Source: Eledone cirrhosa (taxonomy: Eukaryota). From it: 64,000 nt of DNA. The stretch spans positions 25,730,001-25,794,000 of the forward strand of contig OZ024756.1 of the NCBI GenBank assembly GCA_964016885.1. The letters are read 5' to 3'. Under the pieces are notes generated by a model. It was not told the origin of the DNA. It searched no databases and worked only from the letters and a program-made list of their open reading frames with translations. The stretch's first letter is position 1. Every line of letters starts with the position of its first letter. Made by a program: the position numbers and the translations under genes. Of the stretch, positions 11,569 through 23,443 are shown piece by piece.

Positions 11569-12190
11569 TGGGCGGTGGATTGGCAGTCTCAGTAGAGGGT
11601 CGGACGCCATGCTTTGACGCATAGAGTTACGTCCCTTGCCATTCTGAGTTCAAAGCCCGCCAAGGTTAACTTTGCCTTTCATCCTCATGGGGTCGACGAA
11701 ATAAAGTACCAGTAATGCACTGGGTAATTGCTGGCCTTGTGCCAAAAGTAGAAACAATTATATGCAAATGAGCAATGGGCGGTGGATTGGCAGTCTCAGT
11801 AGAGGGTCGGACGCCATGCTTTGTAGCATAGAGTTACGGCCCTTTATGATCTGAGTTCAAATCCAGCCGAGGTTAACTTTGCTTTTCATCCTTACAGGGT
11901 CGATAAAATAAAGTAGCAGTCACGTACTGGAGTCAATTTAATCGACTTTCCTCTCCCCAAAAATTGCTGGCCTTGTGCCTATATAAGAAACCATTATATT
12001 CAAATGAGCAAAGTATTGGCAGAGCGTCAGACACCATGCTTTGCAGCATAGAGTTATGGATCTTTACGTTGAGTTCAAATCCCGCCGAGGTTAACTTTGC
12101 CTTTCATCCTTACGGGGGTCGATAAAATAAAGCAACCAGTAATGCACTGGGGTAAATAGCTGGCCTTGTGCCAAAAGTAGAAACAATTAT
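11569..12190 (+). mobile_element. Three tandem MetaSINE-like SINEs (family 2); other copies at ~3455-3620, 5088-5278, 16359-16572, 20048-20232(-), 53516-53712
   Basis: B box GAGTTCAAATCC plus conserved GCCTTTCATCC..GGGGTCGATAAAATAAAGTACCAG domain; copies separated by repeats of ATTATATGCAAATGAGCA. Confidence 0.85.
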
Positions 12191-12265
12191 ATGCAAATGA
12201 GCATCCCCAGCTAATGTTTCATACGCAAAAAATCATATAAGCTTTAGTATATTCCTGTTTCAGCA

Positions 12266-12332
12266 CCGAATGAATAGATGTCACTGATGACGGATAAAAG
12301 TCCTGAAACGCGTGTCTGGCGTTCTCATTCGG
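12266..12332 (+). ncRNA. Minimal type-I hammerhead ribozyme motif in a Penelope-like LTR fragment
   Basis: GATGTCA-CTGATGA-C GGA taaaag TCC T-GAAAC-GCGT-GTC-TGGCGTT; stem I extended by CCGAATGA/TCATTCGG; predicted cleavage after GUC at 12316. Confidence 0.7.
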
Positions 12333-12699
12333 CTACTGAAATAGCTGCAACATGATCACAATTTAAAATATTCATAGCAAAACCCTTGTGTGTCTACTGT
12401 ACATAATTATATCGTATATGTCTTTATATACACCCTTATTACAGCATGTACATGTATATATGCATGCAAACCATACATAATTCATACGTAAGTATTTAGC
12501 ACCGATTACATAAATATTTAATGGAACAATTTTTCAATTTAAAATTCCACAACCAATGACACCTCTCTTCCTTTCTTTCTCTCTCTCCCTCCCCCTCTCC
12601 CCTTCTCTCTCTTCTTCCCTACATTTTGCCTCTGTTGCTTGCCACCTATAAGGACCTGTAAATTTACAACCAGCTCGGACCTATTACCAGCTCTTACAC

Positions 12700-13560
12700 A
12701 GATCTATATTTTATATCTTGTCTGGACCTATAACCAGCACTAGGGGCTTATATTTTTATATTTTGTCTGCGCCTTTAACCAGCCTTAGGGGCCTATATTT
12801 TAAATTTAGTCTTCGCCTTTAACCAGCCTTAGGGGGCCTATATTTTATATTTAGTCTTCGCCTATAACCAGCCTTAGGGGCCTATATTTTATATTTAGTC
12901 TTCGCCTATAACCAGCCTTAGGGGCCTATATTTTATATTTAGTCTTCGCCTTTAACCAGCCTTAGGGGGGCCTATATTTTATATTTAGTCTTCGCCTATA
13001 ACCAGCCTTAGGGGCCTATATTTTATATTTAGTCTTCGCCTATAACCAGCCTTAGGGGCCTATATTTTATATTTAGTCTTCGCCTTTAACCAGCCTTAGG
13101 GGCCTATATTTTAAATTTAGTCTTCGCCTTTAACCAGCCTTAGGGGGCCTATATTTTATATTTAGTCTTCGCCTATAACCAGCCTTAGGGGCCTATATTT
13201 TATATTTAGTCTTCGCCTATAACCAGCCTTAGGGGCCTATATTTTATATTTAGTCTTCGCCTTTAACCAGCCTTAGGGGGGCCTATATTTTATATTTAGT
13301 CTTCGCCTATAACCAGCCTTAGGGGCCTATATTTTATATTTAGTCTTCGCCTATAACCAGCCTTAGGGGCCTATATTTTATATTTAGTCTTCGCCTTTAA
13401 CCAGCCTTAGGGGGCCTATATTTTATATTTAGTCTTCGCCTATAACCAGCTTTAGTGGAGGAGGGGGGGGGGGGCTATATTCTATTACTTGTCTGGATCT
13501 ATAACCAGCATTAGGGGGCCTATATTTTATATCTAGTCTTGGCTTATAATTAGCTTTAGG
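12700..13560. repeat. 44-46 bp minisatellite (TATATTTTATATTTAGTCTTCGCCTATAACCAGCCTTAGGGGCC)n
   Basis: About 15 homogeneous central units with a variable G-run and degenerate edges. Confidence 0.95.
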
Positions 13561-14010
13561 GAGAAGGGCTACATTTTACATCTGGTCAGGGCATTTTGCC
13601 ATCTGTGTGGAGGAGGGCCTATATTTTACATCTGGCCAGGGATATTACCGTCTGTGTGGGAGGGAGGCTATATTTTACATCTGGCCAGGGCATATTACCA
13701 TCTGTGTGGGAGGGAGGCTATATTTTACATCTGGCCAGGGCATATTAACATCTGTGTGGCAAGGAGCTACATTTTACGTCTGGCCAGAGCATATTACCAT
13801 CTGTGTGTGGGGGGAGGTTACATTTTACATCTGGTCTGGGCATATTACCATCTGTGTGTGTGTGTTGGGGGGAAGGAGCTACATTTTACATCTAATCAGG
13901 GCATATTACTATCTGTGTGTGGGGGAGGCTACATTTTACATCTGGTCAGGGCATATTACCATCTGTGTGTGGGGGAGGCTACATTTTACATCTGGTCAGG
14001 GCATATAACC
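13561..14010. repeat. ~46-55 bp minisatellite (GCTACATTTTACATCTGGTCAGGGCATATTACCATCTGTGTGGGGGAG)n
   Basis: About 9 units, contiguous with and alignable to the upstream 44-bp array. Confidence 0.9.
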
Positions 14011-14068
14011 ATGGTATTAGTTTTAGTGTGGCTTTTGTTGTAGTATTAGTGGTTGGAATGAGATTGCC

Positions 14069-14127
<59 letters not shown>

Positions 14128-14328
14128 TAGTAGTAATTGAAGCAACAGCGGTAGCGGTAGCAGCAGAGGCGGAGACGGTGGTGGTGGTGGTGGTGGTGGT
14201 GGTTGTTAGTGCTGGTGTCGGTGGCATTGGTGGTGGTGGTTGTGCTGGTAGTGGTGGTAATGTTAGTGGTGTTGATGTTAGTAGTGATAGTGTTGGTGGT
14301 GTTAGTATTGTTAGTGATGGTGTTGTTG

Positions 14329-14360
<32 letters not shown>

Positions 14361-14509
14361 GGTGGTGGTGTTAGTATTGTTGGTGATGGTGTTGGTGTTG
14401 GGGGTGGTGGTAGTGGTGGTGGTGATAGGGTGAGTGAGTTATTCAGTGTTCAACTTTAACTTTCTTAATTAAATGAGATTGCTGTGAAGAACAAGGTGCG
14501 AGTAAACAC

Positions 14510-14541
<32 letters not shown>

Positions 14542-14908
14542 ACATACATACATACATACAAACTCTCACACACATATATATATATGTACACCTACATACA
14601 TGCATACATACATTCTCAATCACACACACAAACTAAGACACAAGGACACATACCCAACAACAAAAACGAACAAATTTACAAACAATACGAAATTCCACAA
14701 TGACATCTCTCTTTCTCACTTCCTCTCTCCCCACCTCTCTCCACCTCTCTCCACCTCTCTCCTTCCCTCGCTATCTCAGTATGTCTATCTCTTTCCTCCT
14801 TTTGTACTTTCCAGCTCTCTCTCCTCTGTCGCTTTCTCTCTCTGACACACACTCCCCCTCTCTCTCTCTGACACACATACACACACACACACCAATCTCC
14901 CTCTTCTC

Positions 14909-14948
<40 letters not shown>

Positions 14949-14974
14949 GCACTCTTTCTCTCTCTCATACACAT

Positions 14975-15011
<37 letters not shown>

Positions 15012-15062
15012 GTCTCTCTCTCACACTCTCTATCACTCTGTCTCTCTCTCTCTCTCTCACGC

Positions 15063-15094
<32 letters not shown>

Positions 15095-15338
15095 GCTCTT
15101 TCTTTGTCTCCCACACCCCTCTCTCTGTTTCTAAAGTTACAATTCTATTACGAGTAAGAAGAATACAGAAAGAAAATGAGGGGGAAGGGGGGGGGGGATG
15201 TCCAGAGGACAAGAAGAAGAACAACAACAACAATAACGACAATAACAACAAGAGAAGTCAGAGAAGTTCTCCATTGGTGCAAATTTCTACAAAATATTAG
15301 TTACACACCTGACCCAGTCGACAAAATTCACACGGTTT

Positions 15339-16291
15339 CAGACCTGCCAACCTCTAAAAACCCAAACGGGGAGTACCATGTAACATAGTACCCCCAAACG
15401 GGGAGTACAATGTAACATAGTACCCCCAAACGGGGAGTACCATGTAACATAGTACCCCCAAACGGGGAGTACAATGTAACATAGTACCCCCAAACGGGGA
15501 GTACCATGTAACATAGTACCCCCAAACGGGGAGTACAATGTAACATAGTACCCCCAAACGGGGAGTACCATGTAACATAGTACCCCCAAACGGGGAGTAC
15601 AATGTAACATAGTACCCCCAAACGGGGAGTACCATGTAACATAGTACCCCCAAACGGGGAGTACCATGTAACATAGTACCCCCAAACGGGGAGTACCATG
15701 TAACATAGTACCCCCAAACGGGGAGTACCATGTAACATAGTACCCCCAAACGGGGAGTACCATGTAACATAGTACCCCCAAACGGGGAGTACAATGTAAC
15801 ATAGTACCCCCAAACGGGGAGTACCATGTAACATAGTACCCCCAAACGGGGAGTACCATGTAACATAGTACCCCCAAACGGGGAGTACCATGTAACATAG
15901 TACCCCCAAACGGGGAGTACCATGTAACATAGTACCCCCAAACGGGGAGTACCATGTAACATAGTACCCCCAAACGGGGAGTACCATGTAACATAGTACC
16001 CCCAAACGGGGAGTACAATGTAACATAGTACCCCCAAACGGGGAGTACCATGTAACATAGTACCCCCAAACGGGGAGTACAATGTAACATAGTACCCCCA
16101 AACGGGGAGTACCATGTAACATAGTACCCCCAAACGGGGAGTACCATGTAACATAGTACCCCCAAACGGGGAGAAATGAGGCAAAATGGGGAGATTTTAT
16201 ACCCATTCTCACAAGAGAAAACATCTCTCACCTGCCCCAAAGTGGGTGGAAGATCTCCGCGTCGGAGGGGGGGGGAGAGTTGACAGGTCTG
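15339..16291. mobile_element. Non-autonomous DNA transposon with 6-bp TSD and internal 32-bp tandem array
   Basis: TIRs CAGACCTGCCAAC / GTTGACAGGTCTG; exact direct repeat CGGTTT at 15333-15338 and 16292-16297. Confidence 0.85.
15361..16173. repeat. 32-bp tandem repeat CCCCCAAACGGGGAGTAC(C/A)ATGTAACATAGTA, ~25 copies
   Basis: Exact 32-bp period with a single C/A variable site and no spacers. Confidence 0.98.
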
Positions 16292-17120
16292 CGGTTTATA
16301 CCTCTCAACCATAATGTCATTCTAGATTTACACTTTGGTTTTATTTTAAAGCAATCCCGGTAGACTTGCAGAATCAGTAGAGCGTCAAATAACATGCTTA
16401 GTGACATAGAGTTACGGCCCTTTACGTTCTGAGTTCAAATCCCGCCGAGGTTAGCTTTGCCTTTCATCCTTACGGGGTCGATAAAATAAAGCACCAGTAA
16501 TGTACTGAGGTCGATTTAATCGACTTTCCCCTCCCCCCAAATTACTTGCCTTGTGCCTAAATCAGAAACCATTTTAAAGCAATCCCAGTTTTCCTCAATT
16601 CTTCCCCTACGTCCCATTTTCAAGTGCTATCTAGTAATTCTTTACCCAAGCACCATATTGGCAAGAGCAAGCTTTTGAGTTCTCAGAGATTGAGAAAGAT
16701 TGCCTGGCAAAGCTATTTATCTTGTACTCGAATGCCTGGAGTCTTCGTTTCATGTCAGCTGTAAATGTTCAGCTTTCGTAGCCATACAGAAATTTTCATT
16801 TTTAGGGCAGCGTTTGACGGAATCGATCTGGCGATCACAACGTTGATCGGACCTTCTATAATGGACATCAAAGAAAGTCCCCAATAAACACAGCAGTGTG
16901 TGGTTTGAAAGAGACTTTGTTGCTATTTCTAATAAATTCTGCGACTGCATAGAAACGTCATTTATGTTTCGAGTAAGAGAGAAATGTTTTGGTTTTTTTT
17001 TCCATTTTTAGTTGGGGTTTTTTGTTTGTTTGTTTTTTTTGTGGTCTTCAGTTTATTAACTTTATTTTAAAACAGAGGACTTACTATGATATAATATGAC
17101 AGCTACACATACAATATATG

Positions 17121-17184
<64 letters not shown>

Positions 17185-17575
17185 GTGTGTATGCGGGAAG
17201 AAAGAAAGAAGAGAATTCAATGTCACCACCACTACCAACACCACCACTAGCAACATCACCAGTACCAACACCACCACTTACCAACACCACCACTACCACC
17301 TTCACCATGACACTATTCTATCTTAGCCAACAATGTTCTCTCTGTGGCATGGTCATAGTTAGTATTGACATTGGACTATCTGCCCCACCAACACTACCAC
17401 CACTACACTGCAAGTCTTTTACCCACCCCACCAACTAGTTCTAGTTCCCTACTAACAAATAACACTATTTCGTAAAAAAAACACTCTATTTCGCCTTCTC
17501 TTCTTTATTTATATATACACACACTTGTGTGTGTTTGTCCCCCTCTCTCGCTCTGTCTGTCTCTCTCACTCTCAT

Positions 17576-17624
<49 letters not shown>

Positions 17625-17699
17625 ATGTGTGTATGGTTCTCTCTCTATATATATATATATGTGTGTGTGTGTATGTCTAAATATATATATATATGTATT

Positions 17700-17737
<38 letters not shown>

Positions 17738-18500
17738 GTGTGCCTGTGTGTGCGCGCGCGCGCGAGTGTGTGTGCGTTTATGTCCCGTAACATAAGCAGT
17801 GTTCTGATGAGCTTTCTTATTTGTTAGCTCGTCTTCATAAGTCTAAACGGAACACCAGATTGGTAGCTTGGTCTCATCTCTTTACAGTTGAAGTCCCTGA
17901 ATGTAATTGTAAAATTCTATTCTGATAGTTTCTTCTCTCGCATATCTCGCGCCATGGAATTCTCTTCTGGTTTCTTGCTTTCCTGACCTCTAACAACAAT
18001 TTGAAAACATTCAAAAGAGACACCAATCCTCATATTCTCTCTTCTCGAATTATATTCTCTGTTTTGTCTCTTTTACTTGCATTTTATTGTCTTAATTGCC
18101 TTGTTTGGGATGAGCAAAAAAAAAAAAAAGGCATGTCCTTTGTTTGTAGAAACAAGGGCCTCTATTTAAAACTGTACAGCTGTTGTCTTCATAGTTATGA
18201 TCCTTTCACAACTTTACCATACACCATTCCGGGGTCGATAAAATGAAGTACCAGGCATGTACTGGGGTTCCATTTAAATTGACTAACCTTACTACCAGAG
18301 GTTTCTGGCCTTGTTAAAATCCATTATATATTTTTATTATAAATCCTGCCGAAATCAACTTTGCTTTTCATCTTTCTGGAATCGATAAAATAAAGTCCAG
18401 TAAAGAACTGGGGTCAATATAATCGATTCCCCCTCTACTACCGCAAGTATCGAGTACTCTGGTGGGTAATAGTCTAACTGGCTTTTACCGCCTCCATTCT

Positions 18501-18569
<69 letters not shown>

Positions 18570-18572
<3 letters not shown>

Positions 18573-18935
18573 AAAGGTAAACAGATATAACAACACAAAC
18601 ACAATCGGTACAGTATATGGAAGGAATATATTAGGTTAACGCTTGAAATAACAGTCTTAACGTTTCGACGCTAGTCCTTCATCAAAAGAATAAGATAGAT
18701 TGAAGGGACGGGCGGGGGTGGAATTGGAAAAAATGTCTTTAGATAAAAATAACAGGTCCATTCATGTTGACATCTTTTGGAAAACTATTCATGCTGGTGT
18801 TTTGTGTATGATATATATATATATATTGTTCAGACCTGGTTTTGGAGGTGGGCTTTACCATATTTTTAAAATACTCATGAACTACAGTATCCTTACAACT
18901 CCACCAGGAATTACAAGTAAAAGAAGAAGTTATAA
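18570..18935 (-). mobile_element. Degenerate Penelope-like element 3' end
   Basis: Minus strand has a PGLN-type GIY-YIG tail followed by the hammerhead-like TTGATGAAGGACTAGCGTCGAAACGTT. Confidence 0.5.
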
Positions 18936-19380
18936 TTACATGGAAGCGCATAGTCTTATGGACTTATGACCATAACCAATTCCTGGACTGGGTTGTGTGT
19001 TGTGTTTTTGAACAAAACACTTCATTTCATGTTGCTCCAGTATACTCAACTGAAAATGAGTACCAGCAATAGCTGGGAATTTAACCTTGCGATGGACTGG
19101 CGTCCTGTTCAGTGGCATCCTGTTCTCTCTCTCCCTCTACGTCTCTCTTTCAATCTACTCTCTGACAACCACTATCTCTTTCTATATCTCTTTCTCTCTC
19201 TCTATTTATGAAGGTACCCGGAAAAAACCCGTATCTCGGGAACCCGTGCTCCGATTTACGCGAAACTTGTTTTATTCCATTTGTATTCCCATTTCAGGGG
19301 CAACTTTCTTTCAAAGTATTTTCCCATTATGCGCCATTTTGGCTGTATTAGATTACAAACAAGACACAATCACAGAGTTT

Positions 19381-19412
<32 letters not shown>

Positions 19413-19729
19413 TATATACATATATAAATTCGTTTAGTGGATGGTGGAATCTGGCCTCAACAAAATAACCTCAGGCTCCGCCATTCCTACAGTCACATGA
19501 TTGCTGACATTTATTGTCGTTATTATCCTTGTTATCATTGTGGTTGTAATTATTATTGTTTTTGTTGTTGTTGGATCTGAGCAAATCAAAAGCTTGATTA
19601 TTCCTCAGCCTTAATTATATGTAATTAGCCATTTTATATGGTGGCACAAAGACGGTGAACCTGTGTTTATTGCTACTGTTGCTGCTCCTACAACAACAAC
19701 TAATAATAATAACAATTATTATTATTATC

Positions 19730-20026
19730 TAGTGAATGGGCCGACTCTGAGTATATATCTGTAAACTAAAGGTGGAAAACTGGGAGAGGGCACTTGCCTT
19801 GGTGGTCAGGGTCATTGTGGCTTTTTACTGGGCTTTCTCCACAAATGTCCCTCCGAAGTCTCCCCCCTATTGGGGAATTTTTCATTGTTATTTTCATTGT
19901 TATTTTTGTTACATCCTCTGTTTTTGTTTTTTTACACGCAGAAATGCCCATTTGTACCGTCCTGCATTGTCCTGCACTGTCCTTAATGTCTACTTTATGT
20001 AAGCCCTTGTGGTTAATAAAGAAATC
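19730..20026 (+). mobile_element. Tx1-clade 3' end inserted in (ATT)n
   Basis: Homologous to 7764-8033; ends GTGGTTAATAAAGAAATC; ATT repeats on both sides. Confidence 0.8.
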
Positions 20027-20241
20027 ATTATTATTATCTAAATAATAATAATAATTGTTTCTACTTTTGGCACATGGCCAGCAAATACCCCAGTGCATTA
20101 CTGGTGCTTTATTTTATCGGCCTCGTAAGGATGAAAGGTAAAGTTAACCTCGGCGGAATTTGAACTCAGAACGTAAAGGGCCATAACTCTGTGCTGCAAA
20201 GCATGGTGTCTGACGCTCTACCGATACTGTCAAATAATAAT

Positions 20242-21462
20242 GGTTTCATTTATTGGTCACAAGGACCGACATATAGCGGATAATACAATAGATGGGGACA
20301 GTGGGGGGTTTACGTATAAAACGTGTAAAAAATATAAATAACAATAACAAAATAACAAGAAAAATACAACAATGAAAATTCCCCAATAGGGGGAATAACC
20401 ACCCAGGGTCGACTCAGGTACCCCACCAATCCTAAACCACCCGACGCTTCGAGGGCACACCTCTCCTCCTCAAATTAACCAGCCTACAGGCGCATGCTTA
20501 GAGTAGGCCCATTATCACCACATCCACCCACCTTTTAGCAAATGTACTGGGGGTCAGCACTTCTCTCTCCACCCTCACCTTCCTTCCCAAGTGAAACTTG
20601 CAAACGTTGATGAGGGATTGGCCGAAGAGAAATCTGTCTGTCTTAAGTCCTTTCCATCTGGTCCACCATACAACCTCTTTCGCTACTGCCACCAGACAGG
20701 AAAATTGCCTGATCTTCCTGGCCAAAAGAAGGTGGCGGGTCGATCTTTACTATGACTCGGCCGATAACTGGATCCGTTCTACACGCAACAGCAGTGGGAA
20801 AGTCCGAGACCCACCACCACCTGTTGTTGACGACTCCCTGTCAACTTTTGTTTAACTAAATTGTTGACCCGGTCTCTGTAAGCCTCACGTGCAGGAAATG
20901 ACAATGTTCAGTTCCAGTAACCAGGTCCTAACCTGTGAGTCTTATCTAGGTCGACCATACAGATCACAAACTGAATAGACGACCGTTTGAAAGTGTGGAC
21001 AACCTATACTATTCGTATCTATTGTCCTAATGAAAAATCTATCCATATACGATCTAGATGACCCTATGCGGTTGGTCCAGGTCCACACTGGTGCATTATG
21101 GAAATCTAGTCGGTACCTGTCAGACAGTTAGAATTGGTTGATCAGGTACTTGAGGCTTTTTCTTCCCCCGCTCTTATCAGCTACTCCCATACAATTCCAG
21201 CATGCGTATAAGATGCCGTTTCAGTCCCCCGATAACAGTAAAGGGCGAGACGTTCCTAGAAAGGCTTCCAGGCGTCTAAAGAAGTCTGGCTGTCTGGTCC
21301 CAGTCGGGGCGTAGACCCCCACCAGTCTAAATACACCACCTTTGCTGTTGTTCATGTCCAGGACCACCAACTTACCGCCCGAGTCCCGGAAGATGAACCT
21401 TACCTCGAGATCCAGGCCTTTCTTAAACAACATTGCCACCCCACCCCTCATTCCCGGTCGAC
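20242..21462 (-). mobile_element. Internally deleted Tx1/L1-clade element: APE endonuclease fused to ORF2 C-terminus and 3'UTR
   Basis: GGVAMLF...RLVGVYAPTG...LLSGD*N...WTWTNRIGSSRSYMDRFF (APE motifs with stops), then KEVVWWTR..RKVRVEREVL..RW; no RT motifs between them. Confidence 0.85.
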
Positions 21463-21512
21463 TAAGAGGTAGGTAGGTAGATAGGTGGATAGGTAAATAG
21501 ATAGATTGATAG

Positions 21513-22122
21513 ATAAATTTCTTTATTAGCCACAAGGGCACAAAAGAAGGGGACAAATACAAATGGGGAGTTTACATACAGGTATATGAAAATAAAACTA
21601 TTAATAAAATAACAAATAACAATTGATATCCCCAATAGGGGGGAGGTGTTACACAGGGGTTGTACACTCCCCGAAAAAATGTACAACCCTCATCTCCAGG
21701 AGCACCAAGAGTGAGTACTCCCTTCCTCTCTTCCTCTTTTTCCTCAACCTACAGGCTTATATAGAGAGAAGGCCCAACCACTCGGGCCATCTTTGCCACA
21801 TTCACCCACCTTTTATAAAATTTGCTGGGGTACAGCACCTCTCTCTCCATTCTGATTCTTCTTCCAAAATGATATTTGAAAAAAACGAATCAGTTGCTCA
21901 CCGGAGAGAAAGGTGTCTGACCTCAGCCCTTTTAACCTCGTCCACCATATAACCTCTTTCACCATAGCCATAACACATAGGAAAACCGCCTCTCCCTCTT
22001 TTTTGAAGGAGGGTGGCGGTTTGATCATGACAATGGACTCGGTGGTCAACCGGATTGGTCCCACCCGCGACAATAGTCGTTCTACATAGCCCCACAGGTC
22101 GGTAACGCCCGGGCAGTGTACA
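21513..22122 (-). mobile_element. Tx1-clade 3' fragment in (GATA)n
   Basis: KEVIWWTRLKG C-terminal motif; 3' end CTTGTGGCTAATAAAGAAAT; TAGA repeats on both sides. Confidence 0.8.
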
Positions 22123-22123
22123 A

Positions 22124-22196
<73 letters not shown>

Positions 22197-22198
<2 letters not shown>

Positions 22199-22404
22199 TA
22201 TTTCTTTATTAGCCACAGGGGCACAAAAGAAGGGGACAAATACAAAGGGGGAAGTTTACATACAATAAAAACGTGTAAAATGTTATCACAGATGGAATTT
22301 AAAAGTTAGTCGATTTTCCCCAATAGAGGGAGACAGTTTATATGGGTAACACAGACCCCCGAAAAAAATGTGCAACCCTCATCTCCAGGAGTACGAAGAG
22401 CTTG
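22197..22404 (-). mobile_element. Tx1-clade 3'UTR fragment in (GATA)n
   Basis: Near-identical to 31159-31360 and 31526-31735. Confidence 0.85.
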
Positions 22405-22704
22405 GATAGATAGATAGATGCACGAATAGATAGATTTTTTTCTTAGGTAGATAGATAGATAGAGAGATGGAGAGATTGATAGAGAGATGGAGAGATAGAT
22501 AGATATATAGCGAGATAGATGTTCCATTTTCAAAGACAACAGGAAATCATGCCATGCTTAATGAGTTCTATCTTTTCCACAAATTAAGGTGGAATTTTAA
22601 TGAGTTCCACCTATAATTATACCTGAATGAGGATCAAGTTTCCACCACTCGTAAAGATAGTATAGAATAAATACTTGTGATACATTAACTAATTCATTTG
22701 ATTA

Positions 22705-22783
<79 letters not shown>

Positions 22784-22805
22784 GCGTGTGCGTGTGTGTG
22801 TGTGT

Positions 22806-23029
22806 GAGTCCCGGGTTCAATCGGGGGTAACCACAGTAAATGAAGTTCTCAATACATTAGTAGAGTATATACAAAAGTTAATATAGAAATGGCTTCTACA
22901 GGACTAAAACTATTTCATTCGAAAGAAATCATCAGGAAAGCCAACTCTCATATAAATACCACTATATTACAATGAGAATTGGCTTCCCTGATGATTCCTT
23001 TCGAATGAAACATTTCTAGTCCTGTAGAA
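22806..23029 (+). mobile_element. Penelope-like non-autonomous repeat with inverted arms and hammerhead-like core
   Basis: 22893-22950 is inverted at 22972-23029; CTGATGA..GAAAC..GTC at 22988-23021; paralog at 59070-59248 (-). Confidence 0.6.
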
Positions 23030-23443
23030 CACTTCCGGGTGCCACTAAACCAACCGGCCCCAACTACCCTGTTTGGTTTTGAGTCAGCGGCAACCGATGC
23101 ACTACTCTATGTCTGTGAGGACCAAGTTACTGAACAGGAAACAAGAGCTGTGATCAAGGCTCTGAAGAACAACAAGCCTCAACGAGATCTCAGCAGATGC
23201 TGAAATCTAGTGAGGACAACGCTATCACAGCACTGAACAGACTGATGAACCGCTATTGGCATGACGGACAAGTGCCCCTCGGATGGCAACAGGATATCAT
23301 CGTTAAACTGCCAAAGAAGGAGAATCTAACAGATTGTAACAACTGGTGTGGCATCAATCTGTTGTCGGTCCCTGGCAAAGTGTTCAGCACAGTATTGCTT
23401 CGACAAGATTTAGACAACCGACGGAGCGTTGAACAAATCTTTA

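Noticed and set aside
15361-16173. CRISPR-like array (32-bp unit with CCCC..GGGG hairpin)
   Set aside because: Units are directly adjacent with no unique spacers, there are no cas genes, the context is eukaryotic, and the array lies inside a TIR/TSD-bounded element.
15328-16312. 276-324 aa ORFs in all three minus frames
   Set aside because: They arise only because the 32-bp unit lacks stops on that strand; the peptide is purely periodic.
17800-17856. CTGATGAG hammerhead candidate
   Set aside because: There is no GAAA after stem II; it is a simple hairpin only.
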